Source: Candidatus Poribacteria bacterium (lineage in GTDB: Bacteria > Poribacteria > WGA-4E > PCPOR2b). Taken from it: a stretch of DNA of 64,000 bases. A program made the translations under genes and the position numbers. The notes beneath the pieces are model-generated. The model saw only the letters and a list, made by a program, of their open reading frames with translations, was not told the DNA's origin and did not search any database. How positions within the stretch are numbered: the first letter of the stretch is position 1; the number at the start of each line of letters is the position of its first letter. The DNA is taken from contig OZ220744.1 of assembly GCA_965116925.1 (NCBI GenBank), positions 1,088,001-1,152,000 on the forward strand, read 5' to 3'. Positions 59,556 to 64,000 of the stretch are shown in pieces.

Positions 59556-60896
59556 ATGCAAACTGAACTTCTCAATGATACTAAGGCGGCGTTCGGAAAG
59601 GTTTCGGTAACACCGCCAATTAATAACGTTTATCCTGATTTCTTCTTTGGTATCCCTTCAGGCGTTCTGGACGATGTCTATGCCCGGATTGGGATTATCC
59701 GAGCTGCCGATGAGCCCGTACTCGTTCTTGCAGTTGATACACTCGGCTTCGGTGTCGCAGAGATCGCAGAACTTGAGGATGTGATTGGTAACGCTACCGG
59801 CATTCCACCAACCCGCATCCTGATCACGGGCAGCCACAGCCATTCCGCGCCAATCTTGTGTCCGATTGACCTTTTCGGCGGGTTTAGCCCCTATTTCAAT
59901 GGGCTATGCGATCGTGTGGGCAAACTGGCAAAAGATCTGCTATCCCGCATGGAGTCTGCCACGCTCTCGTTTGGGAGATCGAGTTGTGATTTTAATGTGA
60001 ACCGACGGCGGATAACCCCAGAGGGCACCTGTGTGTCCGGTCCTAATCCGGATGGAGTTGTCGATAAAAGCGTACCGATCGTTGCGTGTCATCGCGCAGA
60101 TGGTTCGTTGGCAGGCGTGTTCTTCAGCTATTGTTGTCATCCAACGATTCTGTTAGGACCAGAGGTCTCAGGGGATTATCCGGGACAAACTCAATTGGCG
60201 TTAGAAGCGCGGCATCGGCAATCCGTCGCGCTGTTCCTGCCCGGTATGTTCGGAAATGTACGCCCAAACCTGTCGGACGGAGATGGCAGATTTAGGAAGG
60301 GCACCCCTATTGATGCGCTGCACTGCGGTAGCCAGCTAGCGGATGCCGTAGATAACGCCTTGAAGGATTGCAAACCAATTTCGGTTGACACCATTCGCAC
60401 CCGCCGTCTCCGCCGTTCGCTTCCACTTGATAAGTCGCCATCGCGTCAGACGCTTGATGAGATTGCCGGCCAAGCGGTCAAATCCGCGCAGGCGAGTGAT
60501 GAAGAAAAAGCGAGACAATCGTTGTACCATGCCGGCTATCAGTTGGCGATGCGTCAGTGGGTGCAACAGATTCGGTTGGAAGGGGCAGAGCACCACATCC
60601 CAACAGCGGTGGCCTATACCTTCTCGCGGTGGGACATCGGCGATGTCCACTGGCTAACTTTTTCGGGCGAGTTTTTCCTAGAGTACGGGCTGTATGCTCA
60701 GTCACTGTTGGGATCAGATCGGACATTCACACTCGGTTACACCCAGGGCTGCCAGACCTACGTGCCGACCGCACAAGCCTTGACTGAAGGCGGCTACGAA
60801 CCGAACGCTTACAAACGTTGGCGGCAGAGTGCTCCATTTGCACCAGAGGTTGAGGAAGCCGTCAAATCAGTAATACGGGAATTGGTCGAGGCTTAA
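59556..60896 (+). CDS. Neutral/alkaline ceramidase-like amidohydrolase
   Basis: SHSHSAP, NRRR, GVVD, YCCHPT, SGDYPG, GE.F and YVPT...EGGYE motifs. Confidence 0.78.
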   Translation: MQTELLNDTKAAFGKVSVTPPINNVYPDFFFGIPSGVLDDVYARIGIIRAADEPVLVLAVDTLGFGVAEIAELEDVIGNATGIPPTRILITGSHSHSAPILCPIDLFGGFSPYFNGLCDRVGKLAKDLLSRMESATLSFGRSSCDFNVNRRRITPEGTCVSGPNPDGVVDKSVPIVACHRADGSLAGVFFSYCCHPTILLGPEVSGDYPGQTQLALEARHRQSVALFLPGMFGNVRPNLSDGDGRFRKGTPIDALHCGSQLADAVDNALKDCKPISVDTIRTRRLRRSLPLDKSPSRQTLDEIAGQAVKSAQASDEEKARQSLYHAGYQLAMRQWVQQIRLEGAEHHIPTAVAYTFSRWDIGDVHWLTFSGEFFLEYGLYAQSLLGSDRTFTLGYTQGCQTYVPTAQALTEGGYEPNAYKRWRQSAPFAPEVEEAVKSVIRELVEA

Positions 60897-62056
60897 AATC
60901 GTGTCATGATCTCATGGTAGATGTCAACCGCTTTCAGGACCTGTGCACACTCAACCCACTCAACTGCGGCATGTGCCTGATCAATACTCCCGGGACCAAA
61001 GACGATAGATGGAATACCAACAGAGGTGAACTTGCTAGCATCGGTGCCGTAAGGAACGCCTGTTATCTCCGATTTCCCAATCACGGATTCACATGCGCTG
61101 ACAGCGACCTGCACAATGTGTGCATCTTCAGGTGTTTCCATTGGGTTATCCATGAGATAGGGCGTCTCCATCGTGACATCTAAATCTGGATCGGCGGCTT
61201 GTGCACGCGCTAACCTTTCTTGAAATGGGACGAGGGCTTCCTCTGGTGTTTCGCCGGGGATGACGCGGCGGTCTATATCAATAATACATTCGTCGGGCAC
61301 GAAGTTGACCTGCACACCTCCGGTGATAACGCCGATATTGAGCGTTGGGCTACCGGTGAGTGGATGAGTCATGGAGTCATAGGTCGGTGCAATCTCCTCC
61401 TCAATAGCGCGGATCAGTCGGGTCATCTTTGAAATGGCGTTGATACCAAGATACGGCTTGGCACTATGTGCAGCGACCCCTTTGACGACGATATGGAAAC
61501 GCGCCAATCCCTTGTGCGCCCGGATTACTGCCAAATCGGTAGGCTCAGAGATAACCGCTGCATCTACTTGGAGGGTCTCTGCCAATCGCAGCGCGCCCTT
61601 AAAGCTGAACTCTTCATCTACGGCACCGGCATATTTAATGGTGCACGGGGGTTTAACTCCTGCCTCCTTGAAACGCTTCATCGCGTGTATCATGGCGACG
61701 CCACCGGCTTTGGTGTCGCACGCGCCGCGCCCGTAGAGCAGACCGTCGCGGATATGCGGCTCATAAGGTGGTATGGTCATAACGCTGACGGAAGCAGTAT
61801 CCATGTGACATTCAAATAGTAACACACGATCTGGATTCTCACCTTCGAGTGTGGCGATGATATTGCTTCGCCCCGGTAATACTTCGTCTGTCTCGTAGGG
61901 GATATCCACTGCGTCGAAGAAATCGGCAAGATATTCAACCATACCAACCTCACCGCGTTCCCCACCGGGTAGACTGGCGTTTATGCTCTCAATCGCCACG
62001 ACATCTTGCAACGTGGCGAGGACTTCATTATCACTACGCGCCCACGATTGGTTCAT
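60893..62056 (-). CDS. M20 metallopeptidase, ArgE/DapE family
   Basis: HMDT, GRGACDTK, DEE, SEPT, AHS, GTDA and GPG..QAH motifs. Confidence 0.9.
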   Translation of the reverse strand: MNQSWARSDNEVLATLQDVVAIESINASLPGGERGEVGMVEYLADFFDAVDIPYETDEVLPGRSNIIATLEGENPDRVLLFECHMDTASVSVMTIPPYEPHIRDGLLYGRGACDTKAGGVAMIHAMKRFKEAGVKPPCTIKYAGAVDEEFSFKGALRLAETLQVDAAVISEPTDLAVIRAHKGLARFHIVVKGVAAHSAKPYLGINAISKMTRLIRAIEEEIAPTYDSMTHPLTGSPTLNIGVITGGVQVNFVPDECIIDIDRRVIPGETPEEALVPFQERLARAQAADPDLDVTMETPYLMDNPMETPEDAHIVQVAVSACESVIGKSEITGVPYGTDASKFTSVGIPSIVFGPGSIDQAHAAVEWVECAQVLKAVDIYHEIMTRF

Positions 62057-62214
62057 TAAAATTCTCCTTTGCGTAAAATATGAATTCCTTTTGGTTAGAT
62101 TGCGGGATAATACGATAAAATAGGACGAAACGCAAGACGAACTTTCGATAATTTTCTTGTCAATGCCCGCTTGTGTATCCGAAAGTCTCCCGTGCCTTAC
62201 TTGTCTTTACTGCT

Positions 62215-63108
62215 CTATTCTTCCCAGCGATACATCTTTTTCGGTGTCGGATCTGTCTTTGCTGCTGCCCAAGCATCTATCCAAGCTTGGTGATCTCGTG
62301 TGACGCTTTCCGGTTGTTCCTTGCTGCGTACCTGAATTCCGGGCAGCGGTCTTCCGCCCGGTTTCCGTGCATCGTGCCAGCGGAGGTCTAAGCTCCAACG
62401 AACCACATCCGACAGGTTCGGAAGTGAACCGTGTGGGGTTCGGCAATGGATAAAAATCACCCCACCCTTCTTTACTGGGATCGTCACCGGCTCGCCTTCG
62501 GGCATCACCTCCGGAGCAATCATCCAGCCATAGGGACACCGCACATGCCTCCGAATTTCGCCCTGATGTAGACCCGGATAGAGGTGTATTGTTCCATTCT
62601 CTTCGGTTGCATCTACGAGGGGAATCCATGTCGTCACAATGAGCGTATCGTCCGCCTCCGGCAGGAGCACGGCGGCATCTTGATGGAACGGGGACTGCTG
62701 TATCCAATTGTCAAATCCTTCATCCATCAGGGGTTCTGGCAATTTTGGACGCACATGATGCGTTGGGTTGCAGTAAATCTCTGGACCAACAATTGATTCA
62801 AGTAGATCCAATAGATTCGCATTATGCAGGAAGTCGAAGATAGGGCGACGCAGATTCACAGGAAATGATATCTGTCCCTGTAGGGGATCACCTGCCTCTT
62901 TGGTTAACCAAGCGATACGCCGCTCGAAGGGTTGAGTTTTATGGCGTTCCCTTATTTTCCCTTCGGTATATAGCGCATCGGCGATGGTATCAATAAGTTC
63001 CTCAAAGTCCGCAATTAATGGGTTCAGGTCTTGATGGCTTAAAGCATCTTCCACAACTAGATAGCCGTTTTGGTGAAAGGCTTGGACCTGTGCTTGGGTG
63101 AGTCCCAT
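62215..63108 (-). CDS. PhyH family dioxygenase
   Basis: FHQD, WIPLVDA..ENG and PHGS.PN motifs. Confidence 0.9.
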   Translation of the reverse strand: MGLTQAQVQAFHQNGYLVVEDALSHQDLNPLIADFEELIDTIADALYTEGKIRERHKTQPFERRIAWLTKEAGDPLQGQISFPVNLRRPIFDFLHNANLLDLLESIVGPEIYCNPTHHVRPKLPEPLMDEGFDNWIQQSPFHQDAAVLLPEADDTLIVTTWIPLVDATEENGTIHLYPGLHQGEIRRHVRCPYGWMIAPEVMPEGEPVTIPVKKGGVIFIHCRTPHGSLPNLSDVVRWSLDLRWHDARKPGGRPLPGIQVRSKEQPESVTRDHQAWIDAWAAAKTDPTPKKMYRWEE

Positions 63109-63173
63109 CGGTAAGTCCTCTCTGAACGTAATCTCAATTCAACTAGTTCATTTAATGAATAATGTACCAACTT

Positions 63174-64000
63174 CTAAGGACGTAACCCCGATAAAATTGC
63201 CTCCGCCAACTTCATCGTCTTAATCGCCTCATCCAGATCCGCTGCGGGAAGTGAAACCGGGCGGTCTGCTTTGATACAATCGAGGAAGTATCGGTTCTGT
63301 TCCTCTGTACCACTAGTGCCTCTGCCGGCCAACTGGTGTTGCTGACCATCACAGAAAACTGTCCCCTGCGACACCCCTTCGAGATAGGCGGAGATGTCCC
63401 GTCCGTGGATTTCATAGCGTTCGAGGCGGGCGTCCGTGGTGTAGTTAGCAGCAAGGTGTGCAACACAACCGTTCTCAAAGAGGATGAGTGCGGCGTGAAC
63501 ATCTTTATAATCAGAGATTGTGCGGCGTACGACGCTATGCACTTCTTCTACCTCTGCCCCTGCCATGGCGCGAACAATGTCGAGCGCGTGTATCGGTGTT
63601 TCGAGAAACAGGTTATCCATCAGATGTTCGGGGAAGCGACCTGATTTTATGAATCCAGTTACACTTTTGTGGAACTCCCCCACAAGCTGTGTGACGGAAC
63701 CTCGCGCTTCGACCATCTCCCGCGCTTTGACGATGATGGGGTGGAAACGACGATTCCAGCCGACCATACTTTTGGCACCTGTGCGGGCAGCGGCATCGCG
63801 CAAAGCGGTCGTTTCTGCGACGCTCATCCCCGGCGGTTTCTCCATCAGGGTGTTGACACCGCGTTCTAGGCAAGGTAACGCTGCCTGCCCGTTGAGATGT
63901 GCCGGCGTTGCAACGAATACCGCATCCAGCGACTCAGCATCTAGCATCTCATCGACACTGGCATAACGTCCTGCTATATTGAACTCATCGCCGGCAGCAT
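63174..64000 (-). CDS. Gfo/Idh/MocA family oxidoreductase (start lies beyond the window edge)
   Basis: DAVFVATP, MEKP, GWNRRF and IHALD motifs; frame open to the window edge. Confidence 0.88.
   Translation of the reverse strand, partial: AAGDEFNIAGRYASVDEMLDAESLDAVFVATPAHLNGQAALPCLERGVNTLMEKPPGMSVAETTALRDAAARTGAKSMVGWNRRFHPIIVKAREMVEARGSVTQLVGEFHKSVTGFIKSGRFPEHLMDNLFLETPIHALDIVRAMAGAEVEEVHSVVRRTISDYKDVHAALILFENGCVAHLAANYTTDARLERYEIHGRDISAYLEGVSQGTVFCDGQQHQLAGRGTSGTEEQNRYFLDCIKADRPVSLPAADLDEAIKTMKLAEAILSGLRP

Noticed and set aside
28702..60896. Convergent genes with overlapping stop regions (TCATGA at 28702, TTAA at 60893)
   Set aside because: Short tail-to-tail overlaps are common in compact bacterial genomes.
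1462..63966. Numerous 60-195 aa antisense or alternative-frame ORFs
   Set aside because: They overlap well-supported genes, show no recognisable motifs, and are expected by chance at this base composition.

Overview
Bacterial chromosomal window, about 50% GC by eye, with about 60 CDS. The content is mostly catabolic accessory metabolism: 12 phytanoyl-CoA-dioxygenase (PhyH)-like Fe(II)/2OG enzymes plus one TauD, 3 BNR/sialidase-like proteins, 2 enolase-superfamily dehydratases, several SDR/Gfo-Idh-MocA/Zn dehydrogenases, 2 ThuA proteins, and NHL, WD40 and vWA proteins. Housekeeping genes are leuS, rsmI and a TrmA/RlmD-type methyltransferase, and there is a PAS kinase/sigma-54 regulator pair. 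This repertoire suggests a Candidatus Poribacteria-like sponge symbiont (inference). No rRNA, tRNA, CRISPR array or intact transposase was seen. The most notable unannotated signals are: (1) a Leu-rich 42-aa leader peptide with a terminator/antiterminator upstream of leuS; (2) two families of modular MITE-like elements carrying GTAG-REP hairpins or heptamer tracts, one copy nested in another; (3) heptamer tracts that begin at gene stop codons; (4) a 42-bp direct repeat giving two unrelated adjacent genes the same RBS and first five codons; (5) a glycoside hydrolase-like/class III PLP enzyme/kinase trio resembling a hydroxylysine kinase-phospholyase pathway; (6) a PhyH paralog with HxG in place of HxD. 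All product calls rest on motif recognition by eye; no database search was run.
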